From positions 736,001 through 800,000 of the forward strand of contig CBDBCR010000001.1 in assembly GCA_965203465.1 (NCBI GenBank): 64,000 nucleotides of DNA, given 5' to 3'. Source of the stretch: Nitrosopumilaceae archaeon. Its GTDB lineage: Archaea > Thermoproteota > Nitrososphaeria > Nitrososphaerales > Nitrosopumilaceae. Under the pieces are notes generated by a model that did not search any database, was not told the origin of the DNA, and worked only from the letters and a program-made list of their open reading frames with translations. How positions within the stretch are numbered: position 1 is the first letter of the stretch; each line of letters begins with the position of its first letter. The position numbers and the translations under genes were made by a program. Shown here one piece after another: positions 27,827 to 38,524 of the stretch.

Positions 27827-30800
27827 GTGCGCGAGCTGTTCGTCACCGATCTTGCAAAAAGCCTGCTGGGCCCGCGCGACGGCCCGCACGAAGAACTGGC
27901 GCAATCCCAGTCGCCGTTTTACGAGTACGTGACTGGAATGCTGGCGCCGGAAGGTCAGGATCAGAGCGAAAACCGCCAAGAATTGGCGGGAGGCGGCCAC
28001 CTGCCGGCAGACGCCCCGATTTCGCACAAAGACGACGAAGGCGCCGACAGCGGCGAGGATCTGTCGCCGGGCACGGCTTCCCCCTCAATCGATCCATCGA
28101 GAATTCCGTCATCCATGGGGTTGTCGTTTTACGTATCCGCAGAGCAGGACGGGCCAAGGTTCGACGTGTGCCTGACGTGGGCCAAATACGTAAAAAACGA
28201 CGAAGGGTGGAAGAGGTGCCCGCGCCGCGCGGTCGCCTCTTCCATGGGGCTGGACGAAAAATTCAGCTACGACATGGAAGGCCGCCTGACTACAGCCGAT
28301 GCGGAAGTCGAGCTTTCTTCAAAACACACCCCGATAGGAAAAGGCAAATACCACGTGAGCATGTTTATGAAGAACGTGTCGAGCGAAAAGAAAAAAGAGC
28401 AGACTATTTTTCAGGCCCAGATTCGAGTCGTGTGCGCGCCGGGAACCGCGTTAATACCGGCAGAAGATTCCCACCACGCCCAAGCAAGCGATCCGGAAGA
28501 CGCGTTCGCGTACAGGAAAAAACCGAGCTACGGCAAGGGCCACATGACCTCGGTCGTGTGGTCTAGAATAGACCCGGAGCAGGTGCCTCCGGACATCCCG
28601 CAAGAGTACTCGCGGTGCGCCGCGCAGCCGCCGTTTGCGTGGGCCGACGAATCGCTGCTGGAGCCGGGCGACGCCGAAAAATTCAGAAAACCCCACATCA
28701 GGACGGAGTTTCTTCCAATGCTGTCCGTCCCGTCTCCCGAGACCGGCTGGGACGGCCGTTTAGGCCAGTCCCCCGTCCTTAAGGCCGCAGATCTGGCCGA
28801 AATGTACGATCCAGACAAGCTGCGCGAGGCCCTGTCCCCAGTTTCCGACGAATACAAAAAGTGGATAGGCCGCATGGACGCAGAAAAGGACGGGCAAAAC
28901 GACGCGCATGTATCCAGAATACAGGAGGAGTGCAGGGCGGTTCTTTCAAGAATCGAGGGCGGCATAGAGAGGCTCGCAAGCGACGAGAACGCCAGGCTCG
29001 CGTTCTGCTTTGCCAACAAGGCAGTCGACCTGGCCTACCGGTGGCCGAAAACTCAGGCGGCGCGCGACGGCATGGAGTACAGGCCGTTCCAGCTGGCCTT
29101 TGCGCTCATGTCGCTCGACTCTGTAATAGACCCGTCGTCTCCCCACCGCGACACGTGCGACATGCTGTGGGTTCCCACGGCCGCGGGCAAGACGGAGGCG
29201 TACCTCGTGCTGGCCGCGCTTTCGATGGCCCACAGGAGGCTGAGAGAGACCGAGGAGGGCAAGTCCGGCGCCGGCGTCGACGTGCTGAGCAGGTACACGC
29301 TGCGCCTTTTGACCATGCAGCAGTTCAAGAGGACGCTCAAGATGATCTGCGCCGCAGAATCGTTGAGGGTGGACAACCTGCCCGCGGGCGCCGGGGCGCC
29401 CGTAGGGTGGCGGCCGCCGGGCTGTTGCAACGAACGAGACTTTCTGTGGGGATCGGCGCCGTTTTCGCTGGGCCTCTGGGTGGGCGGCACCGTCACACCC
29501 AACCGCCTGAAAGACGGCGGGCGGAACAGCCGGATAAAGGGGGCCATTTCTATACTCCAGTCGGGCCGCGCGGGAGAGAACGGAGATCCGGCCCAAGTGA
29601 TCACCTGCCCGGCGTGCGATGGCCTGATGGCCGTGATCGAAAAGGGGCTCGCCGCGTCCAAAAAACACGTCCTGCCGTGGGTGGTCAAGACCGACGCCGA
29701 CCTTGCGAGCCTCCGGGCCGTGCCGATCGGGCGCGGCGACGTGGGAACCGACTCGTTCAACGTGGATTTTGACGAGCTGCCCAACGCCAAATACAAGATC
29801 TTGCGCGCAGAGTTTTCGCTCTCGTACCCTGCCGGCAGCGTAAAAGTAGATTCCATCTGGAAGGCGGTCTCAGAGGCGTTCGAGTCGCGCGGCATGCGCT
29901 TGGAACTGGCGTGCATGTCGCCTGCGCGCCCCGGCTACTTTGCCAGAAGGTACGCGGCCGCCATGTCGGGGCTGCAAGAGTACGATTTTGACGTGGTCTG
30001 CCCGGGCAAGGACTGCCCGTTGGGCTCGGACTGGATGGGCGGTGCAGAGTACGGCCGGGTGGCAGACACTGCCCCTAGCCCGGCACTGCCGCCGGCAGAG
30101 CCGGGCGAGGCCGAATGGAGCGACGGCAACCGTCCGATCGAGGCGCTGCCGTGCTTTGCCAAGTCCGCACACGTATCGTGCCGCGTGCCGATCACCGCCA
30201 TGACAGTCGACGATCAGATATATCGACACGCGCCGACCGTGGTGATCGCCACGGTGGACAAGTTCGCGCGGCTCCCGTTCGAGCCGCAGGCCGGAATCCT
30301 GTTCGGCAACGCCGAGTGGCTCCACCACCTCCACGGGTACTACAGGCTGGCAAAAGAACACCCAAATCCGCACGGCCGGCCCGAGCGCCTGTACGACAAG
30401 GTGCCCCTGACGCGGAGGCTGGCCCCGCCGTCGCTCATAATACAGGACGAACTTCACCTCATCGAGGGGCCGCTCGGTAGCCTCGTGGGGCTGTACGAGG
30501 CCTGCATCGACTTTCTCTCGTCGGGCAAGGCAGCCAGGGCGAAATACGTGGCCGCTACGGCCACCACAAAGAACGGGAAAGACCAGGTAAGGTCGCTCTT
30601 TGACAGGGATCTGCAGGTGTTCCCGCCGGCGGGGCCGGACGTGTCGAACAGGTTTTTCGTGCGCGAGGCGCAATACGCGCATCCGGCGCTTGACGCCGAG
30701 GCCGGGCGCCTCTACATGGGAATGCTCGCGCCGGGCGGGGGCACCCTGACCCCGCTGGTCCGGGCATGGGCCAGGATGGCGCAGACCGGGCACTTAGCCA

Positions 30801-31714
30801 GAAAGTCCGGCGCGCCCGACATTGACGACTTTTGGACGGTGACCGGCTACTTTAACACGATCAGGGATCTGGCCGGCGCCAGGGCGCTGTACATGCAGGA
30901 CATCCCCGTATGGATACGGCAGATAGACCCCGACGATCCCAGGAACATACCGGACACGAGGGTTGAAGAGCTGTCGGGGCGCATGAAGTCGTCAGAAATA
31001 CCGGCCACGCTTGAGATTCTGGAGCGCGAATTCGCCGCCGACGGGTTGCTGACCACGTCGATGTTCGGGACCGGGGTGGACATAAGCCGGATAGGCGCCA
31101 TGGTGGTGGTCGGGCAGCCAAAGACCTCCTCGTCGTACATACAGTCCACCGGGCGCGTGGGCAGGAAGCGAGGCGGCCTCGTGCTCGTGTTTTACCGAGC
31201 CTCGCGGCCGCGCGACCTGAGCCACTACGAGTATTTCGGACGCAACCATGTCCAGCTCCACCGGACCGTCGAGCCGCCCACCGTGAGCCCGTTTTCAAGC
31301 GGAACCATGGACAGGTGCCTGGGCCCGGTGATGGTGGGCATGCTCAGAAACAAGCGTCGGCGCGGCGGCGCGGACTGGGTACTCGACGAGTCCGCCTCGC
31401 TGCCAGCCTCAATGCCAGCCTCGGGGGAGGCTGACGTGGAGGAGGTGATAGGCTACCTCACAGACCGCTCGCAGTCGCAGCCGGACGGCGCTCGGCCCGA
31501 CCGCGCCGACGTGGAAGGCAGGGCCAGAGCCTGCATGAAACGCTGGAAAGAGATCGCCGCGGGCGGCAGCATCGAGTACGTAGAGTACAACAGGGCGGAT
31601 TCCGCTGTCGTGCTGGGAGACCACCTGCACGAGTCACGCGGCATGGGCGTGGTGTTCGACAGCGCGCCGCAGTCGCTGCGCGACGTAGAGGGGGAGGCGG
31701 GATTCGGGGGTTGA
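27827..31714 (+). CDS. drmA: DISARM DrmA-like SF2 helicase (copy 2)
   Basis: PTAAGKTEAY, SRYTLRLLTMQQF, IQDELH, ATAT and QSTGRVGR. GTG 27827 gives MRELFVTDL, matching copy 1 (MREVLVCDL), and lies 22 nt after TTTAAAA; the ORF track starts at 27815. Confidence 0.9.
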   Translation: MRELFVTDLAKSLLGPRDGPHEELAQSQSPFYEYVTGMLAPEGQDQSENRQELAGGGHLPADAPISHKDDEGADSGEDLSPGTASPSIDPSRIPSSMGLSFYVSAEQDGPRFDVCLTWAKYVKNDEGWKRCPRRAVASSMGLDEKFSYDMEGRLTTADAEVELSSKHTPIGKGKYHVSMFMKNVSSEKKKEQTIFQAQIRVVCAPGTALIPAEDSHHAQASDPEDAFAYRKKPSYGKGHMTSVVWSRIDPEQVPPDIPQEYSRCAAQPPFAWADESLLEPGDAEKFRKPHIRTEFLPMLSVPSPETGWDGRLGQSPVLKAADLAEMYDPDKLREALSPVSDEYKKWIGRMDAEKDGQNDAHVSRIQEECRAVLSRIEGGIERLASDENARLAFCFANKAVDLAYRWPKTQAARDGMEYRPFQLAFALMSLDSVIDPSSPHRDTCDMLWVPTAAGKTEAYLVLAALSMAHRRLRETEEGKSGAGVDVLSRYTLRLLTMQQFKRTLKMICAAESLRVDNLPAGAGAPVGWRPPGCCNERDFLWGSAPFSLGLWVGGTVTPNRLKDGGRNSRIKGAISILQSGRAGENGDPAQVITCPACDGLMAVIEKGLAASKKHVLPWVVKTDADLASLRAVPIGRGDVGTDSFNVDFDELPNAKYKILRAEFSLSYPAGSVKVDSIWKAVSEAFESRGMRLELACMSPARPGYFARRYAAAMSGLQEYDFDVVCPGKDCPLGSDWMGGAEYGRVADTAPSPALPPAEPGEAEWSDGNRPIEALPCFAKSAHVSCRVPITAMTVDDQIYRHAPTVVIATVDKFARLPFEPQAGILFGNAEWLHHLHGYYRLAKEHPNPHGRPERLYDKVPLTRRLAPPSLIIQDELHLIEGPLGSLVGLYEACIDFLSSGKAARAKYVAATATTKNGKDQVRSLFDRDLQVFPPAGPDVSNRFFVREAQYAHPALDAEAGRLYMGMLAPGGGTLTPLVRAWARMAQTGHLARKSGAPDIDDFWTVTGYFNTIRDLAGARALYMQDIPVWIRQIDPDDPRNIPDTRVEELSGRMKSSEIPATLEILEREFAADGLLTTSMFGTGVDISRIGAMVVVGQPKTSSSYIQSTGRVGRKRGGLVLVFYRASRPRDLSHYEYFGRNHVQLHRTVEPPTVSPFSSGTMDRCLGPVMVGMLRNKRRRGGADWVLDESASLPASMPASGEADVEEVIGYLTDRSQSQPDGARPDRADVEGRARACMKRWKEIAAGGSIEYVEYNRADSAVVLGDHLHESRGMGVVFDSAPQSLRDVEGEAGFGG

Positions 31715-33573
31715 CCGAAGGGATAAGGCCCTCGCAGTTCGTGACCGTGTACGGGCCTGGCACGATACTCGAGACGACAAGCGGCCCCGTCGTGATACCG
31801 ACCCCGGATACGGGGCTTTTTGCTGGTCAAACGGATCTCTTGCCCGCAGACTACTCCGTGGACAGGGTACTCGAGCGCATGGTATCTGAGATACACAGCA
31901 AGGACGGCGCCGACCGCAACATCGGGATATTCCGGGTTCCGGTCAACGCCGAACTCGGGCTAGAATCCGAACGCGTCATATACAAGACGATTCCGTTCTC
32001 CAAGTGGCGGCTCTGCCTCAGGCAGGACGACCACAAAGGCAGGCTGCCGGAAAGCCTGCGCGCGGACAAGATCGACATACTCCACGAAGGCGACCGCTGC
32101 CCCGTGTGCACGCACAGCAGCGGCGGAAAGAACGCGATAAGGTTCGTTTCGGTGTGCAACGACGGGCACCTTGACGACGTTGACTGGAATTTCGCCGTGC
32201 ACGGCGGCCCGTGCGAAAAAGGCGGGCAGCGTCGGCACTTCCTTTGGCACAGAACCGGCGTCGCGCTCAGGCGGATAGACATAACGTGCCCGGCCTGCAA
32301 AAAGCAGGCGAACTTTGGGGATCATTTCTACAAGGAACAGAGGTGTTCGGGCAGAAATCCGGAGAGGGAGTCCCTCGGCTCGGGCCCGCACAGGCACAAG
32401 TGCCCCAAAAAGTCCAGGATCATGCAGCGACAAGCGGCCAACATCAGGGTTCCGCAGGTGGAGACGTATCTGGCAATCCATCCTGACCGCACGAGGCTCG
32501 ACAACCTGGCAAGATCGTCTGGAATAGGCATGGCCGGTCTGATGGCATCCAGACGCCCAGGCGGGCTCGCCAACGACGGCAATTTCAGAGAGTTCATCTC
32601 GGCCATGGAAGGCTCGGTTCCTGCTAGCACGATAGCCGAGTTTCAAAGGGCCGAAAGGGAAGAAGTGATACGCGTAGTCAACGACGTAAACTCCGATCAG
32701 CCGAAAACATACACCGCGATGCTTGGCCGCGAGTACGGCGTGTTCGTGCGCGCGTCCAAACACGGCGCTCCCCCAGAATCGGGCGCCGGCAGCGGCCCTC
32801 CGTCGTTCGAGGTGCGCAGGCAAAGCGTGTTCCCCGTGCCCGCTAGGCACGGACGCAGGTTCACGGTAGTGCCGGTGCAGACCTTGGAGGCCGTCACGGT
32901 GCAGTTCGGCTTCCGGCGCATCGTCCCCTCGTCGGCGCCGGCCGGCAGCACGCCGGCAGAAGAGGATCCGAGCCAGCTGGTCGACGTGGGATTTCCCGAC
33001 GCCGGGAACAAACGATGGTACCCCGGGACACTGCTGCGCGGAGAAGGCATTTTCATAACGTTGGACGGCGCGGATCTGGCCCTTTCGAGAGATGCCTCGC
33101 AGGCTTGGAAACGGGGCGCCGGGGAAGCCAAATATCCCGATTACCTGTTTAGGGATCAGGACGCGTCCCGCGACGAGCTGGAACCGGAGTTCGTCTGGTG
33201 GCACACTCTGTCCCACATGCTGGTCAGATCCATAGGCGAGCTTGCCGGGTATTCGGCGGCCTCAATCAGGGAGCGGGTGTACTGCGGGCGCGGGATGAAG
33301 CCCGGCGGGATACTGCTGTACGCGACGCAGCCGGGCACGGGCGGTACGCTCGGGGGGCTGGTGGGCCTCGCCCCGCGCATCGGCTCGTTCATCGCCAGGG
33401 CCGAAGAGCAGGCGTACACGTGCTCTGGCGATCCGGTCTGCGAACAGGACAAATTCGCGCCCGGCAGGGTGATCGGCTCGTGCTGCTACGGGTGCCTCCT
33501 GAACCCAGAGACTTCCTGCGAGCACAGGAACATGTGGCTGGACAGGACGATAGTGGGCGAAGACCCCCCTTGA
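31711..33573 (+). CDS. drmB: DISARM DrmB-like DUF1998 protein (copy 2)
   Basis: IRPSQFVTVYGPG, CNDGHLDD, HTLSHML and CSGDPVC..CCYGC..ETSCEHRNMWLDR; 4-nt overlap with drmA-2. Confidence 0.9.
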   Translation: MTEGIRPSQFVTVYGPGTILETTSGPVVIPTPDTGLFAGQTDLLPADYSVDRVLERMVSEIHSKDGADRNIGIFRVPVNAELGLESERVIYKTIPFSKWRLCLRQDDHKGRLPESLRADKIDILHEGDRCPVCTHSSGGKNAIRFVSVCNDGHLDDVDWNFAVHGGPCEKGGQRRHFLWHRTGVALRRIDITCPACKKQANFGDHFYKEQRCSGRNPERESLGSGPHRHKCPKKSRIMQRQAANIRVPQVETYLAIHPDRTRLDNLARSSGIGMAGLMASRRPGGLANDGNFREFISAMEGSVPASTIAEFQRAEREEVIRVVNDVNSDQPKTYTAMLGREYGVFVRASKHGAPPESGAGSGPPSFEVRRQSVFPVPARHGRRFTVVPVQTLEAVTVQFGFRRIVPSSAPAGSTPAEEDPSQLVDVGFPDAGNKRWYPGTLLRGEGIFITLDGADLALSRDASQAWKRGAGEAKYPDYLFRDQDASRDELEPEFVWWHTLSHMLVRSIGELAGYSAASIRERVYCGRGMKPGGILLYATQPGTGGTLGGLVGLAPRIGSFIARAEEQAYTCSGDPVCEQDKFAPGRVIGSCCYGCLLNPETSCEHRNMWLDRTIVGEDPP

Positions 33574-33594
33574 CCGGGCCCTGATCCGGCGGGC

Positions 33595-35868
33595 CTACGC
33601 CGGCCTCAGAATCCTGCTTCCGTTCCGGCAGATCAGACCTTCGTCCTCCATGCGGTTCAGCGCCCTTCTGGCGCACTCTAGCCTGTCCATTTCGCCCTGC
33701 ATGCCGGCCTCGCCCAGAATTTTCACCAGCGCGTCGATCATCTGCCCGTCGTCCATCCCGTCCTGTGAGGCCAGCGCTTCCATTGCGGCCTTTTTGGCCA
33801 CCCTGTCCATCTGTTCGCCCCTTTTGGACTCTAGGTCGCTGCTGTGCGAGAACAGGCCTTCTTGGATCCGGGCCACGGCGCCGGTGCGCACTAGGGATTC
33901 TAGCGCCCCGCGCACATCTTCCCTGCGGACGGCCCCCACGCCGATCATGGCTGTAACCTCGTCTTCCGACATGATCTTTTGCTTTTCGCGCTCGAACAGA
34001 TCCCGCACGCGCGCCTCCACGGTGTACTCCCAAGAGCCGCCGTCGCGCCTTACAGGGCTGTCCTGAGCCTTGGACATCTCGGAGAGCAGCAGATTCGTCG
34101 TACAGGCGCTTGCCCCCGCGCTTTCCGCTATCCCGGCCGCGGTCGACGAATGGGACACGCCGCCCATGGCTTTCAGGATCCTCCGCTCAAAGTCCTCGAG
34201 CATGCAAGCCAAATCGCACTCCTCGGCCTCCCGGCGCTGTCCTATCCAGTACACCTCCGTTGTACGCCCCCCTATCCGGGCCCGGCGGTACTCGCCCAGC
34301 GCCCCGCTCCGGAGCAGAAACAGCGCCAAGGACGGCGGGATTCCGCGATCGAGCAGCGAGTCGGGGCTCAGGACGGCGGGCAGTTCTTTGTCAATGCGGC
34401 CTGCCTTCCTTTTGCATATCTCTTTGGCCACGTCTCTGCCTTTTGCGGTCAAGTTCCAACCCTCGGCCTTTTCCACGAGACCAAAGCCGCGCAGGCGAGC
34501 CATCTTTCTGCCGTAGCGGTCAGGTTCCATGCCGAGCGACCGGGCCGCCGCCTCTTCGCTGTACTCTGAGCGCGCGTCCGCCTGCATCACGAAATCGGTC
34601 AGCAGAGCGCCCAGCGCCTTGTATTTTCTGGAAGTGATCACGCCTGCAAGCCCGCTGATGCCGCTTTTTCGCCGGTCGATCACCTGCTCTTCGGTGATCT
34701 GGACCGCGTTGAGTTTTTTCCTAGCTTGGCAGATGCCGCCGTGCGCGTCGAGAAAATGCGTGCCGACCTCGCCGCGCGCCCGGCGGCGGGCGTACGCGAC
34801 GCTCCCACTTTCTGCAGAGATGCACGGCAGCTCCAAGAGCCGCCCGCGAAGGCCTTCCGGGATCTCGCCTGCCTGGACGCTCCCCCTGAGCCGCACCCTG
34901 CCGCACGCCTCCTGCAGGCGCAAAACGCCCAGATCGCCGTCGGCCTCGATGCAGTACAGCGCAGGATCTTCGGGCACGTTGCCCGGATCCCTGTCGGGCT
35001 CGTACCACTGAGCGCCGAGCAGCCTGGCCGTCTTGCGCTCGAAATCGAAGTGCGGCGCTCCGGAAAGCTCTGCGATCTGGTTTTCTGCAACCATCTTGAC
35101 TAGGTGCTCGCCCTCCAGCGATTTGACGTGGACGGCGGGCCCGCTCACCATCTCTATCTTTCCGAATGTGACGAACGGTGCTGCCAGGCGCTGCCGTGTC
35201 TCGGCTCCAGCGAACGGCACTTCGCAAAAGTTCTCCATCTCCAGCGACCGGCCCAGCGACCTTATGTCATCGAGAGCAGTGTACAGAAAGTCAAACTCCG
35301 ACAGGCGTATCCTGCGCCCCGACCGACGCACTTTCCCGCCCGTTTGGTGGATCCTGTTGGCCAGCGGCACGGGTTGACATTTCTCGAGCACGCGGTACCC
35401 GTGGCCGCGTAGATCTTTGCTTTCGGCAGAGACCCTCACCGACATGGGGGCCTGGAGGCCAGGGACGACCGCCGACATTATGGTCCTTTGGGTTTTGTAT
35501 TCCTTGTCGTAGTGCGGCATCTGAGCAAACACGAGCGCCTCGAAACTGGCGGATCTGGTCCTCATATCGGACAGTTTCAAGCGCATCTTCGCTGCTGCCC
35601 GGACGGGCTCCAAGAACACGGCGCGGTACGCTTCGTCGTCCTTTGCAAGCGCGGATATACCGGACAGCCATCTGCACAGGCCTTCCATGGAATTCCGGGC
35701 CAGCTCGTCCCCCCGGTACTCGCTACGACCGATTTTGTCAGGGGTCTTTTCTATTATGCTGCGCGAGTTTGCGGTAGTTCTGAGCGCGTTGTACATGTTT
35801 GTCAGCATCGTGCGCAGGTTAGCCTCTTGCAGGAGGTACTCGCCCTTTCGGCCGTTACTGCGCGGCAT
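33595..35868 (-). CDS. Hypothetical protein with several C-terminal winged-helix-like repeats
   Basis: 757 aa; repeated helix-turn-helix plus wing patterns such as ARLRGFGLVEKAEGWNLTAKG, ALESLVRTGAVARI and ALNRMEDEGLICRNG. Confidence 0.6.
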   Translation of the reverse strand: MPRSNGRKGEYLLQEANLRTMLTNMYNALRTTANSRSIIEKTPDKIGRSEYRGDELARNSMEGLCRWLSGISALAKDDEAYRAVFLEPVRAAAKMRLKLSDMRTRSASFEALVFAQMPHYDKEYKTQRTIMSAVVPGLQAPMSVRVSAESKDLRGHGYRVLEKCQPVPLANRIHQTGGKVRRSGRRIRLSEFDFLYTALDDIRSLGRSLEMENFCEVPFAGAETRQRLAAPFVTFGKIEMVSGPAVHVKSLEGEHLVKMVAENQIAELSGAPHFDFERKTARLLGAQWYEPDRDPGNVPEDPALYCIEADGDLGVLRLQEACGRVRLRGSVQAGEIPEGLRGRLLELPCISAESGSVAYARRRARGEVGTHFLDAHGGICQARKKLNAVQITEEQVIDRRKSGISGLAGVITSRKYKALGALLTDFVMQADARSEYSEEAAARSLGMEPDRYGRKMARLRGFGLVEKAEGWNLTAKGRDVAKEICKRKAGRIDKELPAVLSPDSLLDRGIPPSLALFLLRSGALGEYRRARIGGRTTEVYWIGQRREAEECDLACMLEDFERRILKAMGGVSHSSTAAGIAESAGASACTTNLLLSEMSKAQDSPVRRDGGSWEYTVEARVRDLFEREKQKIMSEDEVTAMIGVGAVRREDVRGALESLVRTGAVARIQEGLFSHSSDLESKRGEQMDRVAKKAAMEALASQDGMDDGQMIDALVKILGEAGMQGEMDRLECARRALNRMEDEGLICRNGSRILRPA

Positions 35869-36277
35869 GGGACTTCTCCCGACATCTCTTGTACCCGTTC
35901 TTTGGGCTGATCAGGCACTGCGCTTTCCGCCGTGAACATCCGCGCTGCGCCGGCCCGCACGGGCGCCCGCGACGGATTCCCGTCCGTCCCAGGCGCAAGC
36001 GCGTTTTTTCTGCCAACGAAGTGCTAGTCGCACCATCCGTTTATACTTTTATTGTGTAGATTTAGCCGTAGTCAAGCGCGGAGCAGGCATTGCGTCGGCG
36101 CCGCGCCCTCTGCGACGGTCTTCACGGCCCGGCCGATTCGTGCTCCCGTCTCTGCATTCGGGGCGTATGGGGCGGATCTGACAGGGGCGGGTCCCCATCA
36201 CGCCGACCGTCTGAATCGCCACATTCTTGCACATGCAGTTACTACGCTCATCCAGACTCTTATAACCGGCCGCGCGC

Positions 36278-38515
36278 ATGCAGAATCCGTTGGAGTCGCC
36301 GGAACGCATAATGCAGGACGAGTTGTCCAAAGGACTATCCAAGTATTCCGAGAACGCAAAAGAAGCTTATTTGGGGGCGCTACATGCGCTACGGCAAAAA
36401 GAATACCCCGATCGGATCGTGCATTTTGCGCAGTCCCTGCGGGAAGTGGTAGATCAGCTGGCCAGATTCAGCCAATTTCCAGAATGCGAAAAGCCACGAG
36501 GCAAGACAAGAAAGGAATGCCTACAAAAAACGTTTGAGCTGTTTGGCTACCAAGAGCCACTGGATCACCTGTTGGATGGGTTAGCAGACATGTATGCTCG
36601 CCTGAGCCAAGTGGCACATCACAACGAGAAAATGCCCGATGCCGAGGCTCACAGTGTCCTGTCGGAGGTGGAGTCGATATTGGACCAGATAATTATCCCG
36701 CAGTTTGGGATAGACACGGGAACAGACGAGATGCTCAAAGGGCCCCCATCTTTGGATCGTGCACAACGGATCGTCGATTCTCAGACGCGCCCGGCAAACC
36801 CGCCTTATCTAATTGCCAACCTGGATCCTATTTGGCTGCCACACATGAAAGAGGCGGGATTTTTTGAAAATCCGCCACCCGTGGACAGAAACCAAGAGTC
36901 TCGGGCTTACAGACCATGGTTGCCGGCCTCATATCTGTTGAGATGCGTAAAGACACACGGCAAGGATGTAGCCGGAATCATCCTGTCGTGCAAGTTCGCA
37001 GGCCAACCACACCCTATGGCCTGCATCGACTTTCTCAGATGCGCAACCTGCATGACAACGGAAGACATGGAGAAGGTGGCCAGAAAGGCACTGGATGAAA
37101 ATTGGGCTCGTTTCGTAGTGTGGGACTCGTTTGCGACCAAATACGTCGAGGTTGCAGAAAAACTCTACCTGGACGGAAGATACGCCGTTTCTGCCTGCAT
37201 GTTGCTGCGCGCGTTAAGGCTGGAATTGTCCGAGCCCTGGCGCACGGCGCCCGATGCTGCCGTAACCGAACTACGCGAACTTGCGGCGCCGATAGGCGAG
37301 CACCGGTTCCAAACGACCATGCGCAAAATGCCCGCGCTGGCGCGGAAAAACCCGATGCCGATAATAAAACTGCTGGACTGCCTTTTCTACGAATCGGTCG
37401 TACTGGACAACCGGAGGAACGGCCGGGACAGCGGCTACGACGACGGAGGACACTGGCGCATGGCGGTAGAAGACGCTATACGAAGCCCCCCGGTCAGCAT
37501 ACAGTGGATGCTGGTCAGCCGGCTCAGGGACTGCGTAGTTGAAGCGGTGCGAGACGGAAACACGGAAGTGCTAAAGATCCTTTACGTTAGGGATCACAGC
37601 ATGTACCGCCGGCTGGAGCTTCACACGTATGCAGAGTTTCTAGACAAATTCGGCAAAGAGGCCGGGTTGTCCGCGCTGTGGTACTGCGACCGCCCGTGCG
37701 TGCATCACGAGCACTACCGACTTTTGGAAACGGCGTTTTCCAGACTGCCCGCCTGCATAAAGGAGAAAATAATAGAACGCATAGACGGGGGTTTTGATCC
37801 AGACCTTTTCGAATCGATAAAACTGGCACGGGGCGAGGCCAGAGCGACGGCTTGGGAAAAACGTTGGAAGCTCTGTCTCTGGGAGCCCATAAAACCCCAT
37901 TTGGACCAGAACCATACGAGCATGTACGAAAACCTGATCAAAGAGACGGGCAGGCCGGCATCCCCAGAGTACCACCCGTACATGGGGATCTTTGACGAGG
38001 GGCCGGATCCGGCCATGTTTGACGGCAAGGGGCTCAAAGAAGTCTTCGAAATCGTGAAAAAATACGAGCCTCCAGAGCCCTTCGTGTTCCACAAAGACGC
38101 GGCAGAGGGGTTTGCGGTATACGTAAAGGACAACCCGCTGGAATGCTCGCAGAAGGCACTCGACCTCGCATCGGCCCCTTTGCGCATCCAGTACGAGCTG
38201 TTTAGAGGCCTGCGCGATGCAGTCAGGAACGACGTACGCATAGAGTGGAAGGGCGCGCTGTCTCTGATCGACCAAGTCGTGGAGTCCGGCGTCCAAAACA
38301 CAACTTCGGGCCGCCGGTCGTCTCGAGCGATGGGGACGGACCAACGGCCGACCTACATCTACAGCCCGCTTTCGCCGCTCTTGTCGCTGGTAGAAGAGGG
38401 ACTGAAAAGAGACTCTCTGGGGTTTGGTTTGAAAGAAAGTATGCAAGGCGTTTTAGAAAAAATCGTAAAAATAGGTGACGCTTCTACGGAATCACAATAT
38501 CCGGACAAAATATGA
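36278..38515 (+). CDS. HEPN-like N-terminus plus long alpha-helical region (5' part of a probably split gene)
   Basis: AYLGAL..PDRIVHFAQSLREV..RLSQVAHH and WLPHMKEAGFFENPP; ends at a TGA in frame with the next ORF. Confidence 0.6.
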   Translation: MQNPLESPERIMQDELSKGLSKYSENAKEAYLGALHALRQKEYPDRIVHFAQSLREVVDQLARFSQFPECEKPRGKTRKECLQKTFELFGYQEPLDHLLDGLADMYARLSQVAHHNEKMPDAEAHSVLSEVESILDQIIIPQFGIDTGTDEMLKGPPSLDRAQRIVDSQTRPANPPYLIANLDPIWLPHMKEAGFFENPPPVDRNQESRAYRPWLPASYLLRCVKTHGKDVAGIILSCKFAGQPHPMACIDFLRCATCMTTEDMEKVARKALDENWARFVVWDSFATKYVEVAEKLYLDGRYAVSACMLLRALRLELSEPWRTAPDAAVTELRELAAPIGEHRFQTTMRKMPALARKNPMPIIKLLDCLFYESVVLDNRRNGRDSGYDDGGHWRMAVEDAIRSPPVSIQWMLVSRLRDCVVEAVRDGNTEVLKILYVRDHSMYRRLELHTYAEFLDKFGKEAGLSALWYCDRPCVHHEHYRLLETAFSRLPACIKEKIIERIDGGFDPDLFESIKLARGEARATAWEKRWKLCLWEPIKPHLDQNHTSMYENLIKETGRPASPEYHPYMGIFDEGPDPAMFDGKGLKEVFEIVKKYEPPEPFVFHKDAAEGFAVYVKDNPLECSQKALDLASAPLRIQYELFRGLRDAVRNDVRIEWKGALSLIDQVVESGVQNTTSGRRSSRAMGTDQRPTYIYSPLSPLLSLVEEGLKRDSLGFGLKESMQGVLEKIVKIGDASTESQYPDKI

Positions 38516-38524
38516 TCACTGGAG

